Translations under genes and position numbers: made by a program
In this document: positions 50,210 through 59,914 of the stretch, in pieces
How the letters are laid out: each line of letters begins with the position of its first letter
Numbering within the stretch: position 1 is the stretch's first letter
Source: Methanobacteriota archaeon
Lineage (GTDB): Archaea; Thermoplasmatota; Poseidoniia; Poseidoniales; Poseidoniaceae
Direction: 5' to 3'
NCBI GenBank assembly: GCA_002699515.1
Contig: PAAW01000061.1
Coordinates: forward strand, 1 to 62,416
DNA: 62,416 nt
Notes under the pieces: generated by a model
The model's database searches: none
What the model saw: the letters and a program-made list of their open reading frames with translations, nothing else
What the model was told of the DNA's origin: nothing

Positions 50210-51322
50210 ATTAAAGTTTTATACATTTTTAAACAAGGTAGAGAAAAAAAATTAAATGAAGGGGCTCCATTCCCTAAAGAATTTTTTTATTCTTTTGATT
50301 ATTTTGCAAATAAAAATATAGATATTGATTTAGTTGAACTTACAAACTCAGCAGATCTAATTGATAAAACTGCTAATACTTATGTAGATAAATTTTTATC
50401 TAGAATAACTAAAATATCTATTTCAACTGAGATGTTACTTAAAAAAGATTGTTTTTTGAAAATTAAAGATGCTGAAATAATTGTTGCTACAAACCACGGA
50501 ATAGGAGTCTCTTTAGCGCTTCTTTTATTTTTTAGGAGAATCAAAAATAAAAAACTTTTTGTAATTAATTCGGGATTATTTGACGATAATTTAATATCTT
50601 TTTTAAAATCTAAATCAAGAAAAATTTTAACTCAATTAACCTTGAATAATTCAAATAAGATAATTTGTACATCTAAAAAAGAATATAAATTTGCGATTAA
50701 TAAATTTAATAAAGAAAAAAATAAAATAGTTTTAAATCCATTTTGTGTTGATACTGCATTTTGGGTTGATAAAAGTATCAACTTTTTAGAAAAGGAACAG
50801 ATTTTATTTGTTGGGAATAATGAATATAGAGATATAGAAAAATTAATAAAAATTGTCGAAGGATTGCCAAAAATAAATTTTAAACTTGTAACGTCTTTGA
50901 TTGATGAAAATATAAATATTCCAAAAAATGTAAAATTAATTAAAGGAGATTGGAATAAATCAATAATAAATGATGACGATTTAAAGTCTTTATATAAAAA
51001 ATCTAGGCTAACAATTTTGCCAGTTGTTAATACCTTAACTTCATCAGGCCAAAGTGTAGCCCAACAATCTATGTCAATGGGCACTCCTGTAGTCATTAAT
51101 TTAACCAAGGGATTTTGGGATGAAGAAATAATTGATGGAGAAGATATTACGTTAGTAAAAAGAAATGAACTTGATGTTTGGATCAATACAGTTGAAAAAC
51201 TATATAATGACAAAGATAGGCTAGAGAAAATTTCTTTAAACGGAGTTCAGAAAATACACAAAAACTTTAATTTAGATATATTTAATAAAAAGATGTTTGA
51301 CATAGTATTTAAAAATTATTGA
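50210..51322 (+). CDS. GT4 glycosyltransferase, probable ATT start (first ATG at 50432)
   Basis: PF.VD..FW, FVG...RD, SG.SV..Q.MS.GTPV; frame open from TAG 50198, reading IKVLYIFKQGR..PKEFFY before the ATG. Confidence 0.75.
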   Translation: MKVLYIFKQGREKKLNEGAPFPKEFFYSFDYFANKNIDIDLVELTNSADLIDKTANTYVDKFLSRITKISISTEMLLKKDCFLKIKDAEIIVATNHGIGVSLALLLFFRRIKNKKLFVINSGLFDDNLISFLKSKSRKILTQLTLNNSNKIICTSKKEYKFAINKFNKEKNKIVLNPFCVDTAFWVDKSINFLEKEQILFVGNNEYRDIEKLIKIVEGLPKINFKLVTSLIDENINIPKNVKLIKGDWNKSIINDDDLKSLYKKSRLTILPVVNTLTSSGQSVAQQSMSMGTPVVINLTKGFWDEEIIDGEDITLVKRNELDVWINTVEKLYNDKDRLEKISLNGVQKIHKNFNLDIFNKKMFDIVFKNY

Positions 51323-52950
51323 CCGATTATATAAGCGTCATAATTTGAGTATGTTTTTTTTACAACATTTACTCCATAAGGAATACATTTTATTTCAATC
51401 CAACACTGATCTCCATTTTTTGGTAAAAGCCAGGTATTTTTATAGTCTAAATACTCAACTAAAGGTGCAGTAATTTCAGGCGTTTGGAATGGGTCACTGA
51501 GCATGGTCTTATAAGAATTTATTCGTGGAATTAACAATATAGCAAGAATTGAAATTCCTGTAAAAATAAATTTTGAGACTTGTTTATTTTGAAATCTAAG
51601 TTCAATATTTTTGTAATCAAAACATAAAATGCCAATACTGAAAGAAAGGAGTCCAAATATAAATCTTGGATGTGGTGCACCAATAATCCAAACTAAAAGA
51701 TTTGAAAAGATAAAGAGTAGTATTAAATAAATTTCCTTATTTGAGTTATAAGATTTTTTTATAAAGAAGAGTCGTTTTATTAGAAAAAGAATTAAGAAAC
51801 AAACTAAAAAGTTATATACAACAGTTTTATTTAGTTCAATTGAAAGCCAATTATTAATCCAGTCACCAAATGGAGCACCTATATTATAAGCATTATTAAA
51901 GAAACCAGTAGTATATTTCATGCCATCAACTGATTCGTAATTGTACCAAGGTAGGTTGAAACACGTAAAATTTATCGGAAAGACTAGGCACGAAGTGAGT
52001 AGTAAGTTTTTAATTAGCCATATTATTGTTAGTGAATTGACAGCTAACAAGCTTTTGATTGAAGATTTGTCAGAGAGTATAAAAATATATGTAAAAAATA
52101 TAAACAGAAGAGAATTAGAAATCTTTAACTGAAAAGAGTAAAGTATTAGAAAATTTATAAATACAAGATTTTTAGTAATGTATGATTTTTGAAATATTAA
52201 GTATGAAATAAGTATTGAAGATAAGTAGAACATTACCCCTGATGCTATATCGGGTTTTATTATCCCAGGAATAGCAAAAAAGCCATTCCTTCCTCCGTTA
52301 AAACCAAAATTATCAAGGAAAGCAAAAACTAAGACAAAAGAACTTGATATATTAAGAAATTTATTTTGTGAAAAAATTATATGGTATAAACAGAAATTTA
52401 AGAAAATTACTAGAAAAATAATACTTAGATAATGAAGTAAAATAAAATTTGATTCAAGCCAAAACGGAGCAGCTGTATAGTCCATAATTGAAGATGTGCC
52501 ATACGCACCATGTAGATTATTAAGTCCAAAAACTAATTTTTCTTCTCTAATCCAATTTTGGTAGTTTAGGTGATAGTAGCCTGCATCGTATTGAAAATTT
52601 ATATCGTAAGAACTTATTGAAATAATAAATAAATTAAATAACGTAATTAGATTTAATTTACTATTTTGTTTAAATTTTGGGACTTCTAAAAAGTTAAATA
52701 TTAAAGTAAACGAAATCAAAAAAAACAATAGTGGATGTTTCAAGCCTACAAAAAAATTAGCAATAAAAAAATAATTTGAGAAAAATATTACACCAATTAA
52801 AGGGTAAAAAATAATTATGGGTGTTTCAATTATTTTTTCTTGATCATTGAATTTATAAAAATTAAAAAACTTACTAATTATTAGGAGTAAACCCCTACCT
52901 AAAAAGTAAAAATAAGTGAAAAATGAAAAAAAGTAAATGAAATGCATCAA
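51316..52950 (-). CDS. Multi-pass membrane protein, GT-C-like (LIC_10190-like)
   Basis: YDAGYYH..Q.W.....V.GL.NL...G..S loop, KPD, P.PRF; more than 10 TM segments. Confidence 0.6.
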   Translation of the reverse strand: MMHFIYFFSFFTYFYFLGRGLLLIISKFFNFYKFNDQEKIIETPIIIFYPLIGVIFFSNYFFIANFFVGLKHPLLFFLISFTLIFNFLEVPKFKQNSKLNLITLFNLFIISISSYDINFQYDAGYYHLNYQNWIREEKLVFGLNNLHGAYGTSSIMDYTAAPFWLESNFILLHYLSIIFLVIFLNFCLYHIIFSQNKFLNISSSFVLVFAFLDNFGFNGGRNGFFAIPGIIKPDIASGVMFYLSSILISYLIFQKSYITKNLVFINFLILYSFQLKISNSLLFIFFTYIFILSDKSSIKSLLAVNSLTIIWLIKNLLLTSCLVFPINFTCFNLPWYNYESVDGMKYTTGFFNNAYNIGAPFGDWINNWLSIELNKTVVYNFLVCFLILFLIKRLFFIKKSYNSNKEIYLILLFIFSNLLVWIIGAPHPRFIFGLLSFSIGILCFDYKNIELRFQNKQVSKFIFTGISILAILLIPRINSYKTMLSDPFQTPEITAPLVEYLDYKNTWLLPKNGDQCWIEIKCIPYGVNVVKKTYSNYDAYIIGQ

Positions 52951-52985
52951 ATTAAAGTATACAAACTAAATAGACAAATTTTTGC

Positions 52986-53696
52986 TTACTTTCTATTAGT
53001 TTGAAAATAAAGTTTAATTAATGTTTTTACTCCTTCAAGGATTATTGGAAAGTTCATTTTTGATTTTCCGCTTTCTCTTTCAACAAATAAAATGGGAACC
53101 TCATGAATTTTTAAATCTGCTTTAATTGATTTACTTAACAAATCAACCAAAAAAGAATAGCCGTTGTAATCAGAAGACTGGTAGTCAATTTCTATTAAAG
53201 AATTCCTCTTATACAACCTAAATCCTGTAGTCATATCATTGATATGTGATTTTGTTGAAAATTTTGCAAGTTTATTAGCATATTTTGATAAAATTTTTCT
53301 GTGATACCCCCATCCAGAGCTTCCGCCACCTTCAACGTATCTACTCCCAATTAAAAGATCAAAATCTTTTTTAATTAATAACATTTTTTTTAAATCTTCC
53401 ATTCTATGTGAGAAATCTGCATCCATTTGTACAAAATAATCGTAATCTTTATTTAAACCCCAGTTGAAAGCTTCAATGTAAGCAGTCCCATAGCCAAGTT
53501 TTTTTTCTCTCAAAATCAAAAATAGTGATTTTTCAAAATAATTTGAAGAAGTCACTATTTTTGATGTGCCGTCTGGCGAATTATCATCAACAATTAAAAG
53601 ATCACACCCTGTTTCAATAACGCCCTTTATAAATGAGCTCATATTTTCTGCTTCATTATATGTCGGGCTTATAACAAGAACTTTATTGTTATTCAT
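52986..53696 (-). CDS. Polyprenol monophosphomannose synthase (Ppm1/DPM1-like GT2)
   Basis: VI.PTYNE.EN, VDDNSPDGT, K.G.G.AY, QMDADFSH, IGSRYV.GG, D.T.GFR.Y, GYSF, EVPI.F.ER..G.SKM. Confidence 0.9.
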   Translation of the reverse strand: MNNNKVLVISPTYNEAENMSSFIKGVIETGCDLLIVDDNSPDGTSKIVTSSNYFEKSLFLILREKKLGYGTAYIEAFNWGLNKDYDYFVQMDADFSHRMEDLKKMLLIKKDFDLLIGSRYVEGGGSSGWGYHRKILSKYANKLAKFSTKSHINDMTTGFRLYKRNSLIEIDYQSSDYNGYSFLVDLLSKSIKADLKIHEVPILFVERESGKSKMNFPIILEGVKTLIKLYFQTNRK

Positions 53697-53702
53697 GAGA
53701 AT

Positions 53703-53735
53703 ATGATACTTAATTCATTGATTTCTGCTTAAAAT
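53703..53735. promoter_or_regulatory. Back-to-back putative leaderless -10 elements
   Basis: TATCAT (minus, 53703-53708) 6 nt before ATG 53696; TAAAAT (plus, 53730-53735) 6 nt before ATG 53742; gap only 45 nt. Confidence 0.55.
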
Positions 53736-53741
53736 AATTAG

Positions 53742-54476
53742 ATGAAGGAAGCTAAATTATTTAACACAAATTTATCACTGATAAGTTTGTCAGAAATGTC
53801 CGAGACTCTTGTTACTTCTTCTAATAAGTCTGTAGCTGTTTGCAATGCAAATAGTGTAGTAAGAGGTAACAGATCAAATAGACTTGGCAGAGTTCTAAAT
53901 GGTTTAGATTACAAAGTGTGTGACGGATATCCTTTATCAAAAGCTCTGAACATTTTATATAAAACAAATCAAGAAAGAGTTGACGGCTACAATCTTTTCC
54001 TTTCAACAATAGAGCACGGCTTAGATAAAAACACCTCTCATTTCTTTTATGGGAATACCCCCTTCGTAGTCGAGAAAATGATAAAAGAACTTAAAAATAA
54101 ATACAACGAAATAAATATATCTGGGTATCATTGCCCCCCTATGTTAGAGATTGAAGAACTAACAGATATTAACAATGTGGAAATTATTGATAATTCTAAT
54201 TCAGACATCGTATGGGTATCTTTAGGTTTTCCAAAGCAAGAGCAATTTATGCAATATGTAATGGATAATAAAAAAAATAGTTTTAATATTTTAGGAGTCG
54301 GAAATGTATTTGATTGGGTAGCAAAAACTAAATATAAAGCTCCTGAAATATTTGCAAACAATGGTTTTGAATGGCTATTTAGGTTTTTTCAAGAACCCAT
54401 AAGGCTCTCAAGGCGATATTTTATAGACAATACATTATTTATGTTGTTTTTTATAAAACAGTATTTTCTTAGATAG
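53742..54476 (+). CDS. WecB/TagA/CpsF family glycosyltransferase (GT26)
   Basis: N, DG.P, RVDG, FFYG, D.VWV.LG.PKQE, GVG..FD, AP......G.EWL.R...EP.RL..RY. Confidence 0.92.
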   Translation: MKEAKLFNTNLSLISLSEMSETLVTSSNKSVAVCNANSVVRGNRSNRLGRVLNGLDYKVCDGYPLSKALNILYKTNQERVDGYNLFLSTIEHGLDKNTSHFFYGNTPFVVEKMIKELKNKYNEINISGYHCPPMLEIEELTDINNVEIIDNSNSDIVWVSLGFPKQEQFMQYVMDNKKNSFNILGVGNVFDWVAKTKYKAPEIFANNGFEWLFRFFQEPIRLSRRYFIDNTLFMLFFIKQYFLR

Positions 54477-54515
54477 TAGATAATTATTAAATTCGAATTA
54501 TAAAATATTAAGATA

Positions 54516-55235
54516 TTGAAAAACTCTAACAAAAAAAGATATGATCATATTCCACTAAGTAAGGACTTTAACAATTGGTGGTATTTTGGAAGAAAAAAGA
54601 TTTTAAATTATATAATTTCTAAAAAAAAATATAATAAACCAATTAAAATATTAGAAATTGGACCTGGTGTAGGAGTCAACATTGAAGTTTTACAAGAATA
54701 TGGAATAGTCGATATTCTTGAAGTTGATGAATATTTTATAGAGATAATAAAAGAAAATAAAAAATTAAATGTAGGAAAAATATTTTATGATTTTTCAGAA
54801 ATTAAAGAACAGTATGACTTAATAGTATTTTTAGATGTGCTTGAACATATTTACGATTATGAAGGGTTTCTGTTAAATGTTAATAAGTTAATGAAAGATG
54901 ACGGAATTGGTGTTCTAAGCGTACCAGCTTACCAGACACTTTTTAGTCAACATGATACTAATTTACATCATTATAGGAGATACAATTGGGAACTCTTAAA
55001 AGAACAAACATTAGAAAATTTTGAAATTGTTAATAGGTTTGGATACAACTATATACTCCTTCCAGTCCGATTCTTGCAAATAAAAATTCTTAAGTCAGTT
55101 GTTTCTGATACAACTGTTAGTAATTTAATCAATACAATTTTAAAATCTTTCATCAAGTTAGAAGTTTTTCTACTTAGGATAAAATTAAATATTAAAGTTG
55201 GGCTGTCTCTTTTTGCAGTTTTAAAAAAGAAATGA
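54516..55235 (+). CDS. Class I SAM-dependent methyltransferase
   Basis: WWY.GR, ILEIGPG.G, LDVLEHI, VPA...LFS.HD...HHYRRY. Confidence 0.85.
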   Translation: MKNSNKKRYDHIPLSKDFNNWWYFGRKKILNYIISKKKYNKPIKILEIGPGVGVNIEVLQEYGIVDILEVDEYFIEIIKENKKLNVGKIFYDFSEIKEQYDLIVFLDVLEHIYDYEGFLLNVNKLMKDDGIGVLSVPAYQTLFSQHDTNLHHYRRYNWELLKEQTLENFEIVNRFGYNYILLPVRFLQIKILKSVVSDTTVSNLINTILKSFIKLEVFLLRIKLNIKVGLSLFAVLKKK

Positions 55236-56899
55236 ATTATATGTCAAAAAATATAGTTTTACAAAGAGTAAAAATAGACTATCTTGTATCTATCTATTTA
55301 GCTATGTTCTTAGCTTATCAAGTATCTTTAATATTGAAAGGAGGAACAACCTGGGATGACTTACTTTTACTAGAAACTACACCCAGAATAATAGAAAAAT
55401 ATAGACTTTTTTTTGCTGATAGAAGCAATCCTTTCCTTAGTGAGTTCAGTTCAAATTTTGAATTTTATGGATTTCTTATTTTATTACCAACATATCTATT
55501 TTCAAACAATTTAGTTGTCTTAAAAATATTTCACTTTTTGTTCAATGATTTTATGTCACTTGGGATAAGAAATGAAGAAGAGATTGAATATATACTTCGT
55601 CATATTTTTTTGAACATATATTTAGTTTTAGCTCTTTTTTTGGTTTACAAGATTTATTCAAAAATATCTGATGATAAATATAGTTTTTTATTTATTCTAG
55701 TTCTTACCTTTATACCTTTAGTAAATGGTCATGCGCTATTTAATCTGAAAGACATACCATTTATGGTTCAAAACTTGTTAGCGTCCTCTTTCTTTTTATA
55801 TTATTTAAAAAACATAAAAAATAACTCATACAGGGAAGATATAAAACTTGGAATATTTTTTGGCTTATTGTTATTAGTAAGGCTTAATGGGTTTGCTTTT
55901 ATATTTATTTGTTTTTCTTTTTTCTTTTTATATGTAAATAAAAATCTTGAATCAATTAAACAATTTGTCTTTTCCTGGTTTCGCATAATGTTTACTTCTC
56001 TCATTGTTTTAATTATTGGGACTCCATCAGCTTGGCAAAAACCAAGATTATGGTTTGAAGAGTCTATAAATACACAATTTAATATTTATTGGGATTCTTA
56101 TGTACTAACAAATGGAAATTTTTCTTTTGCAATGGATGTCAATCCTTTTTACTTAATTACCTGGCTAAATTTTAAACTACCTTTGATATTTCATGTCTCA
56201 CTTTTCTTCACACTATTTTTCATTATTACGGAGATATCAAATAAATCAAAAAGAGCTACGACAACTTTAATTTATTCAGCATATTTTATAGCTGTAGTCA
56301 TTGCTGGTTTTATTTATCTTAGACCAGTTGTTTATGACGGAATTAGACAATATCTATTTCTAGTTCCTTTTTTTGTATTGTTATTTGTTGAAACCTTAAG
56401 AGTTATTAATTTGAGACAAAATGTAAAAATAATCTTTCTTCTTATTATTTTTACATATCTTGGATACACACAATGGGGTTTAGGGCCTTATAAATATATA
56501 TATTTTAATGAATTAGCAGATGAAACCAATATAACACTTGATTGTAACGAAGTCGGTGGGTGTGGAGATTGGCAGACTGATTATTGGGGTTACTCAGGAA
56601 AAGAGTTGATGAAAGTGTTAAATTATAAAGAAGTTTCTGGAGAAGTATATTTTTGTAATCCAGAGCATGTATTTACAACCTACTTTGAAAACAATAATTT
56701 AAAAATAATTAATAATATAAATAGTAAAAATAAAGAATTTTATTTAGTTTATATTCATAGACCGATGTTGAAAAATGATATTTGTGGTTTTAATAACTTA
56801 GACATAAAAGTAGAGTGCGAAAATTTTATAGTTGAAAAAACAACATTGAGGTCTGAAGATATTTTCTTAAGTTATGTTGATAAATGCAAGAGTGTTTAG
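55232..56899 (+). CDS. ArnT/PMT-like (GT-C) membrane glycosyltransferase
   Basis: G.TWDD after TM1, YG, GH...N.KDIP, YDG.R..LF..P, Y.YFN, DYWG.S; many TM segments. Confidence 0.72.
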   Translation: MNYMSKNIVLQRVKIDYLVSIYLAMFLAYQVSLILKGGTTWDDLLLLETTPRIIEKYRLFFADRSNPFLSEFSSNFEFYGFLILLPTYLFSNNLVVLKIFHFLFNDFMSLGIRNEEEIEYILRHIFLNIYLVLALFLVYKIYSKISDDKYSFLFILVLTFIPLVNGHALFNLKDIPFMVQNLLASSFFLYYLKNIKNNSYREDIKLGIFFGLLLLVRLNGFAFIFICFSFFFLYVNKNLESIKQFVFSWFRIMFTSLIVLIIGTPSAWQKPRLWFEESINTQFNIYWDSYVLTNGNFSFAMDVNPFYLITWLNFKLPLIFHVSLFFTLFFIITEISNKSKRATTTLIYSAYFIAVVIAGFIYLRPVVYDGIRQYLFLVPFFVLLFVETLRVINLRQNVKIIFLLIIFTYLGYTQWGLGPYKYIYFNELADETNITLDCNEVGGCGDWQTDYWGYSGKELMKVLNYKEVSGEVYFCNPEHVFTTYFENNNLKIINNINSKNKEFYLVYIHRPMLKNDICGFNNLDIKVECENFIVEKTTLRSEDIFLSYVDKCKSV

Positions 56900-56902
56900 T
56901 AT

Positions 56903-57592
56903 TTAATATTTTTTCTTTAGTAATAATAAACTAAAAAACATTGAGATTGAATCAGTAAATATATTTACAGAAGTTTCATTATTGTGAATATATATAACGG
57001 GCACCTCTTCTAGTGTTATTTTTAAAGAATTTAATGCAAGTAAAAGATCAACATCATATGCAAAATTACCAACTGATAAGATGTTATTTAATTTTGAGAT
57101 ATTGTTATAAGAAATATATTTGAAACCACACTGTGTGTCTTCTATTGGTATTTTAAATAAAGTTCTAACAATAAAGCTAAAAATTTTACCAGTAAAATTT
57201 CTCCTTAAGGGTGTCCCAATTACCTCACCAGCAAACCTATTTCCTGATATTGAAATGTTTTCTATATTTAACCAATTAATATCAAACTGGTCAATTCCTA
57301 CAGAAAGATCAGCGTCTAGAATTAATATTTTATTCGAAGAAGCATTACTAAGACCTGCTTTTACTGCAAACCCTTTCCCCTTTTTAGGTTCATTTATATA
57401 TCTAAAATTTTTTTCTTGATCTAATCTATCTAAATTTTCTTTACATATTTTTTCTGTGTCATCATAAGAATTGTTATTTATAACTATTAGCTCAATCTCT
57501 ATATTATTATTTTTTGACCAACTCAAAATACTGTCAATTGACTTTTGTATAATATTCTCTTCATTATATGACGGAACTAGAACTGTAAGCAT
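56903..57592 (-). CDS. Polyprenyl-phosphate beta-glucosyltransferase-like GT2
   Basis: VP.YNEE, GKG.AVK.G, LDADLS, DTQCGFK, FAYDVD, EVPV. Confidence 0.85.
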   Translation of the reverse strand: MLTVLVPSYNEENIIQKSIDSILSWSKNNNIEIELIVINNNSYDDTEKICKENLDRLDQEKNFRYINEPKKGKGFAVKAGLSNASSNKILILDADLSVGIDQFDINWLNIENISISGNRFAGEVIGTPLRRNFTGKIFSFIVRTLFKIPIEDTQCGFKYISYNNISKLNNILSVGNFAYDVDLLLALNSLKITLEEVPVIYIHNNETSVNIFTDSISMFFSLLLLKKKY

Positions 57593-57709
57593 TGGTTATA
57601 ATTATACAATATTAAATAGTAAGAATGATAAATGAAGTTTTGATAGTCCGACTCAATTCACTAACATATCATTGTGAAACACTATTTTCTTTATATTTAG
57701 GTAAAAAAT

Positions 57710-59125
57710 TTGGAAAAAATGCTTGAAACTACCAACAAAAAAAATCTATTCTTACTTTTATTTTTCTTTTCACCTATATTTTATAATTATTTTTTTAATC
57801 TCCTACCAAGAGAAACAAGATTTATATCATTAACAAATACGGACTTTATAAATATATTCATTAGTTTTTTGCTTTTCTTATATTTATTTTTTGTTGGAAA
57901 ACAAATACAAATAGCTTTTGGTTTAAATTCAATATCTTTTTCAATTGCTATTTATGTTTTTAGTTTTTTTATCATTGATAATCATTTGTTATTTCTTGCT
58001 AAGGAGGTTTCATTTAAAACCCTCTTTCTCTTTATAAATCTTTTATGGTTTATTTTTTTAATTACAAATAAGAAAGTTGAAAAAAAAGCTTTCTTATTAT
58101 TTGTTTTATTATCTTTGCTTACTAGAGAGTTTGTAGTCGAAAATTTGATATCAACTTACGAATTACAAACAACTTACTTTACAGTTCCAGATGAAGACAA
58201 GGTTTGGTTGCCAGTTACAACAAAAATTTTTGAAAGCAATTATCATTTTGCATTGCTGAATTTCCCAGGTCATAGTGGTTATGGGTTATTAATTTCGCAC
58301 ATAAGTTCCTTATTTACTCTTATTTGCACTAGTGTTAAAAGCTTTGTTTTCTTTCCTTTTATTAAAAATGTATTCTATTTCTTAACAATGCTTTTTATTT
58401 ACGAATATAAAAGCTCAACCTTTTCTAAAGCAATTCTTTCAATTGTTTTATTAGTAGTTACACTGAATAGTCATTGGTTTAGATATTTATTATTTAATTC
58501 TTTGATGTTGGAATCAGCTGTTAGTTATTATTTTGCAGTTCTTTTTTATTCTTCAGAAGAATCAAACAATAAAAAAGAAAAAAATCTATCGATATTTTTA
58601 TTAGGGGTATTGTTTTTTAGTAAGCAATTTATAGCCTTAATTGCAATTTTTTATATTGTTTATTTATTTCTTATTAGAAGAATTACTGTTTTTACACTTG
58701 GACTGGGTATCTCAGGAGTTTTTATATCATTTATAAATTATATTTTCTTGAATATTGACATAACTTGGTCGAATTATTTTGACAATTATGGTTCAGCAAT
58801 TGAGTTAGAGAGAACAATTAATTACAGCAACTTTTTCAATGTCATTAATCAATTTTTAATTGACAGGCCCTTATCTGTCTTTTTGTTCGTATTAACAATT
58901 CTTTTCTTTGTAAATCTGAACAAAAATTTTATGAAATTTAAAAACGCTAGTTTAATTTTTCTATTCAATACCGTATTAGTATTTGTTCTCTATATATTTA
59001 TTTGGACAAACGTTCAAATTGATTCAAGTTACAGATATATAATAAATTGCTTCCATCTTTTGCTTCCTATATATTTAGTTACAATTGATAACTTTTTGTC
59101 CCATAAAACAAAAAGTAAAAATTAG
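57710..59125 (+). CDS. Multi-pass membrane protein, GT-C-like (putative)
   Basis: More than 10 TM segments, PDED loop, SL..E, SKQ, S.YRY; start TTG 57710 or ATG 57719. Confidence 0.5.
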   Translation: MEKMLETTNKKNLFLLLFFFSPIFYNYFFNLLPRETRFISLTNTDFINIFISFLLFLYLFFVGKQIQIAFGLNSISFSIAIYVFSFFIIDNHLLFLAKEVSFKTLFLFINLLWFIFLITNKKVEKKAFLLFVLLSLLTREFVVENLISTYELQTTYFTVPDEDKVWLPVTTKIFESNYHFALLNFPGHSGYGLLISHISSLFTLICTSVKSFVFFPFIKNVFYFLTMLFIYEYKSSTFSKAILSIVLLVVTLNSHWFRYLLFNSLMLESAVSYYFAVLFYSSEESNNKKEKNLSIFLLGVLFFSKQFIALIAIFYIVYLFLIRRITVFTLGLGISGVFISFINYIFLNIDITWSNYFDNYGSAIELERTINYSNFFNVINQFLIDRPLSVFLFVLTILFFVNLNKNFMKFKNASLIFLFNTVLVFVLYIFIWTNVQIDSSYRYIINCFHLLLPIYLVTIDNFLSHKTKSKN

Positions 59126-59171
59126 CATCTAAGTAAAACAAAAATCATACAACTAAAATAATTAATATAAA

Positions 59172-59894
59172 ATGTATAAAGTTGAAAAAGTTAAATCTAA
59201 GAAGACAGTCTCTATTGTTGTACCGCTTCATAATAAAGAAAGCAATATTGAAAGTACAATATCATTAATTATCAAGAGTATTCTCTTTAAAGAAATCCAG
59301 TTAATTGTTGTAGAAAATGATTCATCTGATAATTCAAAAAAAATTGCTATTGAAACTATTAACAAATATAAACAGCAATTTGATGTTTCTCTTTATGAAT
59401 CAAAAAAAGGTTTAGGAAATGCATTGATTGAAGGTTTAAAACATTGTAAGCATGAATGGATATATATTGTTCCAGCAGATTTTAGTTTTGGGACTTCTGA
59501 TATTGCTTATGTAGAGAAAAATAAATTATGGGATAATTTTGACTTATTTATCGGATCTAAGGGACATAAAGAATCACAAATAAATAGAACTATTTCGAGA
59601 AAAATGTATTCAAAAATCTTTAACATATTGCTACGTGTAAATTTTGGTATTCCATTTAAAGACACACAGGGGACAATTATATTCAAAAAAAATATATTAG
59701 ATCAGATTAATAAATTAGAAAATGAAGAGTTTCTTGTTACAACTGAGTTAATTGTTAAGGCTTTTAAAAAGAATAAAAAAATTTCTGAAATACCTGTAAA
59801 AGAGCTAGCAACCGAAACCCAATCGACTGTTAAGCCTTTTAAAGATGGTATAAAAATGTTGATAAATATTTTTTCTCTAAAAAGAAATAGTTAA
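59172..59894 (+). CDS. Polyprenyl-phosphate glycosyltransferase-like GT2
   Basis: SIVVP.HN, VEN.S.D, KGLG.AL..G, PADF, IGSK.H..S, R...S, DTQG, EIPV. Confidence 0.8.
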   Translation: MYKVEKVKSKKTVSIVVPLHNKESNIESTISLIIKSILFKEIQLIVVENDSSDNSKKIAIETINKYKQQFDVSLYESKKGLGNALIEGLKHCKHEWIYIVPADFSFGTSDIAYVEKNKLWDNFDLFIGSKGHKESQINRTISRKMYSKIFNILLRVNFGIPFKDTQGTIIFKKNILDQINKLENEEFLVTTELIVKAFKKNKKISEIPVKELATETQSTVKPFKDGIKMLINIFSLKRNS

Positions 59895-59914
59895 AGCCGT
59901 TAAGCTTCACGAGT

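Noticed and set aside
50632..51213. 193-aa antisense ORF inside the GT4 gene
   Set aside because: Fully shadows a motif-bearing gene; Ser/Phe/Ile-rich mirror composition, no motifs. The same applies to the other short nested ORFs in the track (e.g. 1121, 3098, 9558, 26811, 46316, 57120).
57625..57726. 33-aa ORF in the divergent gap before the 57710 membrane protein
   Set aside because: No motif and no clear promoter spacing; cannot be told from chance.
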